Origin: Octopus bimaculoides
Lineage: Eukaryota
DNA length: 50,860 bases
NCBI RefSeq assembly: GCF_001194135.2
Contig: NC_068984.1
Coordinates: 132,795,833 to 132,846,692 of the forward strand
Direction: 5' to 3'
The position numbers and the translations under genes were made by a program. This document shows, piece after piece, positions 1-9,884 of the stretch. The stretch's first letter is position 1. Each line of letters opens with the position of its first letter. The notes under the pieces are model-generated. The model did no database searches, was not told where the DNA came from, and saw nothing but the letters and a program-made list of their open reading frames with translations.

Positions 1-35
1 ATAATTTTACGGTAAAGTAAGCATGTATCCTATCG

Positions 36-53
36 ATCCCATCGGCGACGCCA
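36..53 (-). other. Primer-binding site of the LTR element
   Basis: Minus strand TGGCGTCGCCGATGGGAT. The plus strand reads as a tRNA 3' end: T-stem CCCAT, acceptor strand CGGCGAC, discriminator G, CCA. Confidence 0.8.
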
Positions 54-61
54 ATAAACTC

Positions 62-313
62 TGTTATGTTTCCCTCGGGTGACTCGTAGAGATAACATAA
101 CGAGTTATACAATTTAATTATTACATTTATTGTTCAATTACATACAAAGAACGCACTCACCCAATGTTCGTTATGAATAAACAAAAGTCATGTCCGCCAT
201 ATATATATCAATGACATTTTACCACGACAGTCCCACAAGACAACAACAATGAAACAATGAACTCAGACGAACCACATGACACACGGAACGTCAGACGAAT
301 TACATATCTAACA
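62..313 (-). mobile_element. 5' LTR (252 bp) of an LTR retrotransposon (Gypsy or BEL/Pao-like); internal region runs off the left edge
   Basis: Bounded by TGTTA...TAACA inverted termini. On the minus strand a TATA-like tract (199-208) precedes AATAAA (126-131), and a tRNA-complementary PBS follows 8 nt after the LTR end. Confidence 0.8.
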
Positions 314-734
314 GTCCATATAACAATTATATAGAGATCATTAAAATCATAGTTGTCATAATCCTCATCATCATCATCATTGTCATCACTACCACCATTG
401 TCATCAACATCATCAACATCAACTCATCTACAAATAATTATTTCTAAAAGTATTGATCCAAATAAATGACAGAAAGGACATAGCAGCTACTTGTGAATAT
501 TATTGGTTTCTTACAAAGGTACATAACCATATATTTATAGAATAGAGGTGATGTGATGATGTTAATATAGGTTTTTATTCCAAAATGATTGCTGAAGTGA
601 TATAGGTGAAGTGAACTGGCTTCAACTGGTAATGGCCTACTGAGAGCTTACCTCTTGTTATATAATGCTCTGTGAATAATATTGGCATCTGTTATAAAGA
701 TCAAAAGTGATGGATGAAAGAGAAAACATATTAC

Positions 735-822
735 CTGCACCAATCACAGTGTTGAACTTGGATCTTTCACTAACAGGGACCCATTTCCCTTGTAATAAAA
801 TGAGCCCTGGAAATACACTTCC
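735..822 (-). CDS. SLC17-family anion transporter exon (GSVFPGLILLQGKWVPVSERSKFNTVIGA-G), phase 0 to 1
   Basis: Acceptor tctctttctag and donor gtaata. Matches the SLC17 motif G..FP......KW.P..ERS, and the frame continues from exon 2936-3172. Confidence 0.92.
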
Positions 823-1222
823 CTAGAAAGAGATGAAATATTGAAATTGAGATAGAAATATCAAACACAAAGTAGAATAGTTTTGCTTATTATGTTAATG
901 TATTTATTTTGCAAGATTCCTGATGTGAAATTGTGTGTTGAAACAGGTATTGTTTATATTTCGGGATGACAAAACAGGAGGAGACACATGGGATGGAGAG
1001 TCGCTGAAGAGGTCACAGGATGTGTGATGAAAGACTTCCAGACAAAGGACATAAAGTAAGAACAATAATAAATCTGAAGTGAAGAATGAATATATAATAC
1101 GTATGCTTATTTGGCAAAAAAAAAAAATGAAAATAACTATCCTAAAATATAATAAGAGTTTTACTTCCGTTTCTCTTATTTCTGTTTTTAGCAATTTTAC
1201 AGCCATTTTCCAAAGTTTAGAT

Positions 1223-1489
1223 CAGTGGTTCCCAAAGTGGGCAGTACTACCCCATGGGGACAGTGGAAAGATCAAAGGGGGGGCGTTGAAGAAAAATGGG
1301 GCAATGGATGTAAAAAAGAATAAATAAAATAAAGGGTTAATTAAGTTTAAGTTTTATTTGTGAAATACTGTTATTTTGAATTTGCTGAAGAAAACAGTCT
1401 ATGTCTGTAATAGTGAGTTGAGGTGGGGCACTAGGAATGTGGCCTTAGAACCACGGGAGCAGCAACCTGAAAAAGTTTGGGAGCCACTA
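1223..1489. mobile_element. hAT (Charlie-like) MITE
   Basis: TIRs cagtggttcccaaa / tttgggagccacta. 8-bp TSD gtttagat / gtttaaat (7/8 match). Confidence 0.75.
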
Positions 1490-2439
1490 GTTTAAATGGT
1501 TCTTGTTTTGTTCTGTTGTAGCAGGATATATTTCCTGTCACTGATTCAACAGCTGTTAGCTAGCATGGAATCTGATGTCAACTAAGTAAACCTGAGTCAA
1601 ATTGAGTTATGTACCTTGATAACAAGCATAATGCAAGAATGTATTATGCACCTTAACATTTATATAACATGGGTGGTAGCACTTACTAGTGGGGGTGTTT
1701 TGAATTCGCAAGGGGGCAGCATATGTTGAGGAAGACTATAGGGCACAGTATCCCAACTTTTTCTACCTCGAGGCACTCCAGCCAAGCCTTTCAGAAATCC
1801 ATGGCACCTCTATTAGAAATTCTAATATGATGGTTGTTTTTTGATTCAACATCAATATAACAAAACTTTAACCCAGGAAAATAACATTTGTGTAAGAAAA
1901 CTATGTCCCTGAATTGATAATAATAAAAAATTTTCTTTATTTCACCAATGTTGATATAATAAACATAAAATAGACGACAATACTATTTATCGTGAAAATA
2001 GTATCAAAACAGACAATTGGAGACTGGACAGCTCCCTGCTAACCAGTTCCATGTCAAACCATCCAACTCATGCCAGCATGGAAAGCAGATGTTAAACAAT
2101 GATGATGATGATGATGATGAATTGACCAAGCCAACCATGCTATGATGGCTATAAAAAACAAATAGAGATAATAGATCTTAAAACTGGTTATAAGAAACTG
2201 GAACAAATACATAGAAAAAAAGCAAAACATTATTGTCGTTATGATCAAAATATATTTTTTTTATCAAACTTCTCTCGAGCAGGATCACCGAATGGACAAA
2301 GCTTTGGACTGCTTACTTTTAGGGTTTGATTTTAAAGCTCAAATTGTTTTGTTTTGTTTTTGGACAGAAAACTTTATCCTACATGACATCAGTTCATGTT
2401 ACCTGTCAGGAATATATGGTAAATCATCTGGGAATATTA

Positions 2440-2616
2440 ATCTGCAACCAAAAAGCACCCACTACACTCTCGGAGTGGTTGGTGTTAGGAAGGACATCCA
2501 GCTGTAGAAACATTGCCAGATCAGATTGGAGCCTGGTGGCAGCCACTGGCTCTCCAGATCTCAGTCAAACCGTCCAACCCATGCCAGCATGGAAAACGGA
2601 CGTTAAATGATGATGA

Positions 2617-2650
<34 letters not shown>

Positions 2651-2694
2651 GATGGTGGTAATGATGATGATGATGATGATGGTGATGGTGGTGG

Positions 2695-2739
<45 letters not shown>
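2440..2739 (+). mobile_element. RTE-LINE 3'-tail-derived repeat ending in an expanded (GAT)n/(GGT)n tail
   Basis: Shares ...ccaacccatgc(c/t)agcatggaaa...gttaaa(c/t)gatgatgat with many other copies in the window. Confidence 0.75.
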
Positions 2740-2741
<2 letters not shown>

Positions 2742-2935
2742 TCACCACTATCTCATTCAAGGAGGAAATTTAACTCATATCTATATATTACCATGAAACT
2801 GAAACAAACCACCATAATAGCCTTTAAAAACATAATGCTATGGAGGATACATTTACATTACAAGCTTCTGAAAAAGACAGGAGACAAAAAAAAAAAAATA
2901 GAAAAAGGAAAAAAAAAAGAAAAGAAAGTACTTAC

Positions 2936-3172
2936 TTGCGCAAGACCCATTAATCCCCGAATTACAGTAGCTAACGGGAAGCTGTATTTTGATGCTGATG
3001 GAAATGTAAACGTCAGGATAGCACAAGCCAGAAGACCCCAACCGACCGTTAATTTGCCTCCAATTCTTTGTGAGATGATGCCCCAAGGAACTTGTGAGAG
3101 GAAATACCCAACAAAAAATGCTGATGTTATAATTCCTTGTTGGTTAGGGGTCCAGTTAATATTGCCAGACAT
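2936..3172 (-). CDS. SLC17-family anion transporter exon (MSGNINWTPNQQGIITSAFFVGY...IRGLMGLAQ), TM2-TM4, phase 0 to 0
   Basis: Acceptor ctttccag and donor gtaagt. Typical SLC17 motifs W....QG.I.SAFF.GY..SQ.P.G and R.L.GL.[EQ]G. Length 237 nt. Confidence 0.95.
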
Positions 3173-3517
3173 CTGGAAAGAACAATAACAATATAAAGGA
3201 TAATAAAATTCTCAATTACAATAGTGATTTCTTACATTGGTAAACACATCCTCACATTTATAGAAGAGTAAGACTGGAATTTAATCTAGTGTATAACTGA
3301 TAGTCATTTTATTGATTCCAGGAGGATTAAAAGCAAAGTCAGTATCAGGAGGATTTGAACTCAGAATGTATAGAGATGAACTCTATATCAGAATATATTT
3401 CTAGAGCTGTTCTGAAACAATTTTCAAGTTTCTGGAAAACTTCATTCTAAAAACTTCAGACTAAAAAGAGGGTAAGGCAAAGAGTGAGAGAGAAAGAGGG
3501 ATTGTGCTGTATATAAA

Positions 3518-3857
3518 GTTGCCAGTACCGCCTGACTGGCCTTCGTAGGATTTTCGAGCGAGATCGTTGCCAGTGCCCCTGGACTGGCTCTTGTGCGGGT
3601 GGCACATAAAAGACACCATTTTGAGCGTGGCCGTTGCCAGTACCGCCTGACTGGCCTTCGTGCGGGTGACACGTAAAAGCACCCACTACACTCTCTGAGT
3701 GGTTGGCGTTAGGAAGGGCATCCAGCTGTAGAAACTCTGCCAAATTAGATTGGAGCCTGGTGTTGCCATCCGGTTTCACCAGTCCTCAGTCAAATCGTCC
3801 AACCCATGCTAGCATGGAAAGCGGATGTTAAATGATGATGATGATGATGATGATGAT
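3518..3857 (+). mobile_element. RTE-tail repeat copy with internal duplication of gttgccagtaccgcctgactggccttcgt
   Basis: Same family as 2440-2739; has a (GAT)n tail. Confidence 0.8.
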
Positions 3858-4407
3858 TAAGTCTATAAAATTGTGCATAAAATATATAAAGCGTATATAT
3901 GAAGTGCATTAAGTAATCATCGTGTTCCAATTTCCTTCACTTTTCAATGATTAACAGATAAGCGACTATCTTTTGATACAGACACGACACAGACTACACA
4001 CTTTCAGGTATTTTGGATAAGGTTTTCAGAAATAACCCAATAAGTTTACAATTAATTCCATGAAATATTCATGGGTCCTGCTAGTTTTTATAATTTGACA
4101 AGTGGTGGTTAACAACAACAGCTATCACCGCTGCCACTGCCACCACCACCACCACCACCACCACCACCACCACCACCACAATCATTGCTACCTGCACCAC
4201 TAACATTACCACCAAAACTGCTGCCGTTACCGCCATTGTTATTATCATTAAGGTGAGAAGGTGGCAGGAAAGAGGTTGGAAAATGAAGAGATACAGAAGA
4301 AGGTTTTAGAGGGGGGAAAAACACATGCTACCCTCGAAGCTGAAGCATGAAAACCAGGAAGACAGTGGGAGAGAAAAAAAACCCAAAGGAATGCATAACA
4401 AACTTAC

Positions 4408-4610
4408 CAATGTTGCATTTTTTGTAAATGTGTCATTTAAACGCCCAGTACAATAACTGGTGTGTGATTTATTCCATTCATGGCTATTATGTGCACTTGT
4501 TTGGTTTACCATTAACACCAGGGCAATGCTAAGATCAAATCGCAGACAATAAGCTAGTAGACTAGCCAGCCAGCCTAATATCATTAAATTGAAACGCACT
4601 GGTGGGAAAC
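4408..4610 (-). CDS. SLC17-family anion transporter exon with TM1 (FPPVRFNLMILGWLASLLAYCLRFDLSIALVLMVNQT...) and luminal loop with N-glycosylation sequons, phase 1 to 0
   Basis: Acceptor ctacttgcag and donor gtaagt. Resembles sialin RYNLAIL...YALRVNLSVALVDMV. Sequons NQT, NKS, NDT and NAT are present. Confidence 0.93.
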
Positions 4611-4683
4611 CTGCAAGTAGCAAAAGGTAGAGTCAATTATATATATGATATAAAAAAAAAAAAACAACATAAAAAACAACATA

Positions 4684-5078
4684 GGCAGAGGTGTGGTTGT
4701 GTGGTAAGAAGTTTACTTCTCAGCCACATGGTTCCAGGTTAAATCCCACTGGGTGGCATATTGGGCAAGTGTCTTTTGTCTATAGCCTTGGCTGACCAAA
4801 GTCTTGTGAATGGATTTGGCAGATAGAAACTGAAAGGATATATATATCCATGTGTATGTATCTTTGTGTCTGTGTTTATTTCCTGACTCCACTTAACGAC
4901 TGGTGTTGGTGTGTTTACATCCCAGTAACTTAGTGGTTTGGTGAAAGAGACTGATAGAGTAAGTACCAGGTTTAAAAAGATAAAAAAATTAGTACTGGGG
5001 TTAATTCATTCAACTAAAATGTTTTCAAGGTGGGGCCCCAGCATGGCCACAGTCTAATGACTGAAACAAGTAAAAGAT
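4684..5078 (+). mobile_element. tRNA-derived SINE, family A (full-length, diverged)
   Basis: tRNA-like head (gtggtaag...ggttaaatccc), central microsatellite and gactgaaacaagtaaaag tail. Homologous to 20295-20714 and 40785-41184. Confidence 0.8.
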
Positions 5079-5518
5079 ACAAGGAAATATATAAATTATA
5101 AAAAATTGTATATATATATAATAAAAAAAAAACCCCAAAGAAGTAAGAGTTATTGTTGTTGTTGCTGTTGAGGTTGTTGTTTTGCTTAGGTGAGCTCTGC
5201 TCTAGTAGATCTGTGACCAAAGATGTTCCAATCATGACCTTTGGGTCTTTTATTCAAATAGAGTATGCAAAATAATATTAACATAAGTGTAGACATGGTT
5301 GTGTGGTTAAGAAACTTGCTTAAGAAGCCAAGTGGCTTTGATTTCAGTCCCACTGCATTGGCACCTTAGGTCAATCAATGGTTTGGTGTTGTGGGTAAAT
5401 CTGACAGACAGAAACTGTGCAAAAGCTTGTTGTGTATATATATATAAAATTGAAAACCAAATGGAAAGTGGAGATTTTCCCTAAAACTATATATATATAT
5501 ATATACATACATACATTT

Positions 5519-5884
5519 ATCATCATCATTGTTTAACGTCTGCTTTTCATGCTAGCATGGGTTGGACAGTTTGACTGAGGACTGGCGAGCCAAATGGCAG
5601 CACCAGGCTCCAATCTGATCTGGCAGAGTTTCTACAGCTGGACGCCCTTATTTTTCTTCCCTTATTCTGGTTCGATTTCAATTTCACTTGCGTCAACAGA
5701 TCTTCGCAAGCAGAGTTTAGTGTCCAATGAAGGAAAGGTACGCATAAGTGGGCTGGTTACACCCCTGGCAGAGGCTTCGGATTATGGTCTCACTTGGCTA
5801 GCCGGGTCTTCTCACGCACAGCATATTTCCAAAGGTCTCGGTCACAAGTCATTGCCTCGGTGAGGCCTAATGTTTAAAGGTCGT
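5519..5884 (-). mobile_element. RTE-clade LINE 3' end (ORF C-terminus plus 3' UTR and (GAT)n tail)
   Basis: Minus strand reads approximately DL.TLGLTEAMT.DRDLWKYAVREKTR, typical of an RTE ORF end, followed by the shared tail. Confidence 0.7.
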
Positions 5885-6226
5885 ACTGAATTTGAACTTA
5901 AACTCTGAATTCTACATTCAGGACAATCCAAGAGAAATCCAAGACAAGCCTAAGGAGCTAGATTCATGTAATGAGCCTATAAAACTTCAAGTTGCACAGA
6001 ACTGAATGAAACTGTTATTGAATACTAATATATGTGCTCCTATCAAATGTGTTGAGTACCTCTTCCTTTTGTTTGTCGACTCATGCATGCTTTTATATAT
6101 ATATATACATACACACACACACACATACATACACACACACATATTTTTATATGTGTTTATATGTGTATGTATGTGTGTACAAGGGTACACACATACCTTT
6201 ATCTTGACAAGGGTACACATACATAC

Positions 6227-6269
6227 CTTTATCTTGACATTCATCAAGATAATTAGTGGACAATAAGAG
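6227..6269 (-). CDS. Candidate small upstream exon of the SLC17 gene (LLLSTNYLDECQDK-G), phase 0 to 1
   Basis: cttctag acceptor and a perfect AAG|GTATGT donor. The 43-nt open frame supplies exactly the phase 1 needed by exon 4408-4610. No homology recognised. Confidence 0.5.
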
Positions 6270-6295
6270 CTAGAAGTATTATTTAAATTTCTTAT

Positions 6296-6523
6296 TTAAC
6301 CTTTCAGCTTACTTTATTAAATGTAAAGTCTATTCATTAACATTGTTTTGAATTAATCATGCATTATCTCCATAGCTTTGAGATTACAGTGATGTGATTG
6401 TTTATTTTCAGAATCATGTTCTAGGGTAAGTGTGAGAGGCAAGATCTGGTCAGTTTGAACATAAAACAGGTAGAATGTTTTGGCCAGATATAGCCAAAAC
6501 ATTCTACCTGCTAAAAAGGTTAG
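6296..6523. mobile_element. Non-autonomous TTAA-flanked (piggyBac-like) repeat containing an 18-bp perfect hairpin
   Basis: Begins TTAACC. It is the reverse complement of the repeat at 20158-20278 plus 20715-20790. Confidence 0.55.
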
Positions 6524-6790
6524 GGAAAAGCCATCCCCATTTCCCACCTTTGTTACTGTGGTGTGCAGTAAAATTGAACTGCAATGCTAAAAGACAAAAA
6601 AATTATAACTGTGAAACAGAAATGGATTGTGGACTTAATTCGTTTGAAATACTGACACAAGTCTTTGGATTTATGTTACAATTTTTGTGCCCCTCTTAAA
6701 ACATTATCAGTGTGAGGTGAAAGAATGAAAACTTGTTGTTTAGCTCCAGTTTGGCCCTGATCAACCAAACATAAAACCAAATGCATTCTA

Positions 6791-6869
6791 CAGGGTGTCC
6801 CAAAAGTCACCTATGGAGTTAAAAGTAGTATAATTTCTAAACCCCTAGGCGACTTTTGGGACCATCCTG
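6791..6869. mobile_element. 79-bp miniature Tc1/mariner-type MITE
   Basis: TA + cagggtgtcccaaaagtcacct ... aggcgacttttgggaccatcctg (imperfect ~22-bp TIRs). Confidence 0.6.
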
Positions 6870-8099
6870 TCTTTTTATACAAGCACTCTGTATCTAGGAT
6901 TATATTATTCAATACGTTTTTCTAGTCTTTAGATAGATGTGACTTGTGGGAAGGATATTTGGCTGTTATTTCTAGTAAGTAGGGTGACCTTATAAAGGCG
7001 TTCTTGTTGAAAATTAACTTGAGCTTTTCACTCACCATCTACCAATTGATATTAGTTTAATCCTTTCACAACAGAAATCAGATATATCCACACAAAATTT
7101 CATTGCCCTTAACTGTGGAAAGCAGTTTTATATATCAATCTATCTTTTGTTGAGGAATGTAACATTTGAAATTATTTTTTGTTGAGAGATGTCAAATTTA
7201 ATGAGGCAATATGACTTGTGGAAAATACTAATTATATTTTTTGGTAGATACTTAATGTCATTACTAGAATAACCATGTAACTAATTTCATAGTATAAGAG
7301 TTAATCAGAAACAAAGCCTTAAATTTATAGGGAAAAGGTGTAGTTAATTGAATTGAATCCAGTTAGAGGGATTGAAAAGGTGAAGCTGACCTTGGTAAAA
7401 TGTGAACTCAATCAGAGGGACAAAACTACATCCCTTAGATCATTTAGTCCAGCTCTCTACCTTTTCCACTCCTAAAATAAATATTAACAATACTGAACTT
7501 ATCTGAAGACATTAGTAAGGTCTTTGACCCTCATTTCACAAGAGTATAATTCAATTTATAAGAGTTGATAATGCAAGTGTTTTGCCACACACTTTAATAA
7601 TTGAGACAATTATATTAATCTAATACATAATATAATGGTCCAACAAATCCAAACAATTCTTTCCAAGTTTCTTAAAAAGTGCTTTGCTTATCAATAGCTT
7701 CAAAATGTTTCCTGCTTCAGAAGTACAATAACTTTCTGATGAACATTTAACGTGCAGTAACATTTACATACAGGCACTTACACACACACACAAAAAACGC
7801 AAACATATACAAATATACAAAAGCAGACAAGAAGATACACATATACATGCGTACATGTATATATGAATGCATACATGCATACATACAAGCAAACATGCAT
7901 ATATATATATATATATATATAAAGAGAGAGAGAGAGAGAGATTCAGATGAATAGGGTACTTAAGTTGAGAGAGAGAGAGAGAGAGAGACATAGGAGATGG
8001 GGGAGAATAATCTTTTCAATACAATTTTTGGGACCAATTTGAATAATTAGCAGTGAGTGTTAAATTCTTACTGAAATACAGCACTATATCTAGGGCAAA

Positions 8100-8560
8100 T
8101 CAACAGGCATTGTTGTTGTCAGGTACCATCTACTCTCAACAGGTTCAATATAAAGGATCTCCATTCGGGTCTTTCCTCTATCATACCTACACATTCACAA
8201 TATGATAGTTTAGTCCAGTCCTTGAGGTTATCAAACCAGTTTGTTCTAGGTTTCCTTGTTGAGCATTCGCCATCATTTATCTTTCCTTCTAGTAACAGTC
8301 TATGTATACCTTGTACTCTTACTATGAGACCAAAGTACTTAAGCTTTCCTCTTCTTTAAATAATGATCCCTTTGTATTTGCTTCTTGTAACACTTTTTCA
8401 TTGATTTTATCTTTTATCAAAGACACTCTTAATGATCTTCTTTATTTGGAACTCTTGCTCATTATATTCCAGTTATGCTTCCATCTATGGCTTTTTTGTC
8501 TATTACTCACCCTCTCTCCTATTCTGGGTAATGAGGGACAGCATTGAATCTCTTTCTATT
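8100..8560 (+). mobile_element. Possible highly decayed Penelope-like retroelement fragment
   Basis: Open ~80-codon stretch (LHSGLSSIIPTHSQYDSL...LRL...) weakly resembling PLE N-terminal regions. Recognition is by eye only. Confidence 0.25.
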
Positions 8561-9146
8561 CAACCATCCTCCATACCATGACATTTTATTTCTATTCTAC
8601 TCCTCCATCATGACCTTTATTGCTCAATTTCATTTCCATCATAATGCCAAATCTCAGTATTCACTAATCTTTACTGTTAACCAGCTTCCCCACCCCACCT
8701 CTCTCTCTTGTATCATTCTTCACTGACACCCACCATTCTCACTCTTACTCATCACTCCATTACCATCAATCACTCATTCTCGTTTATGTTCTATTCTTAT
8801 TGTTATCCCACAAGGCTTTGTTCAGCCTGGGGGCTATAGTATAAAACACTTGTTCAAGGGCTTTTTATTTTTTTACTAGAAAGTCCAAGAGAAATTAAGA
8901 TGAAAGAAATGAAATTACTTTAGACTAGAAAGAGTCCAGGTCATAAGAAGTGGCGGGGGGAGAACAATGTGATGGAAGAGAGTTCCAAAGCCTGTTAGTT
9001 TGACAGAAAAAGCTACAACCATAGAAAGATTTCCTTATTCATGGAAAGTACCTTGCAGTGAAACTGAACCCCAAACCATGTGGCTGGGAAGCAAACTCCT
9101 TAACCATACAACACCTACACACACAGGCACACACACAGGCACACAG

Positions 9147-9190
<44 letters not shown>

Positions 9191-9649
9191 ACACACACAT
9201 ACACACAAATATATTTCTCAAAACTTCTTTTGATACATCCTTATGTAATAGACAAAAAGTGCTTGATATTCTAAAGTAAGAATTAACAAAATCTGAAAAT
9301 ATGTGCATTCATGTATAAGTATATAGATGTTTATATATTTACAGGACAGATTCACATGGAGTACAAAAAATACAGAAAATTAAGGGGAGAGGGTATGGTA
9401 TTTCAGGTCCACAGCTGTATCTTGGGACTCTAAATTATTTTATAGTTNNNNNNNNNNNNNNNNNNNNNNNNNNNNNNNNNNNNNNNNNNNNNNNNNNNNN
9501 NNNNNNNNNNNNNNNNNNNNNNNNNNNNNNNNNAATGCAGAGAATTTAAGGGCAGAATGGGTGAAGAAGGCAAATAAAAGTAGGTGGAAGGAGGAAGTAG
9601 GTGGTTCAGAGGTGGAGAGGAGTGTTGAAGCAGAGGAAGGGCAAGAAAA

Positions 9650-9884
9650 GGCAGTGAGCTGGCAGAAACGTTAGCAAGCTGGGCGAAATGCTTAGTATTT
9701 CGTCTGCCACTACGTTCTGAGTTCAAATTCCACCAAGGTCGACTTTGCCTTTTATCCTTTCGGGGTCGATAAATTAAGTACCAGTTACGCACTGGGGGTC
9801 GATGTAATCGACTTAATCCCTTTGTCTGTCCTTGTTTGTCCCCTCTATGTTTAGCCCCTTGTGGGCTGTAAAGAAATAAGAAAA
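9650..9884 (+). mobile_element. tRNA-derived SINE, family D
   Basis: ggcagtgagctggcagaaacgttag...gttcaaattcc head and cctttcggggtcgataa core. Homologous to 42772-42932 (reverse). Confidence 0.8.

Noticed and set aside
652-688. 37-nt exon-like segment on the minus strand (tttataacag ... gag|gtaagc)
   Set aside because: It would need a 46-nt intron, shifts the frame and does not resemble the expected next SLC17 exon. Probably cryptic, though RNA-seq could test it.
2513-2773. ORFs with poly-Asp/Gly, poly-Met or poly-Ser runs
   Set aside because: They are translations of the (GAT)n/(GGT)n tail of an RTE-type repeat.
4109-4324. Gly-rich 71-aa ORF next to an SLC17 exon
   Set aside because: It is a (CCA)n microsatellite with no consistent splice sites or homology.
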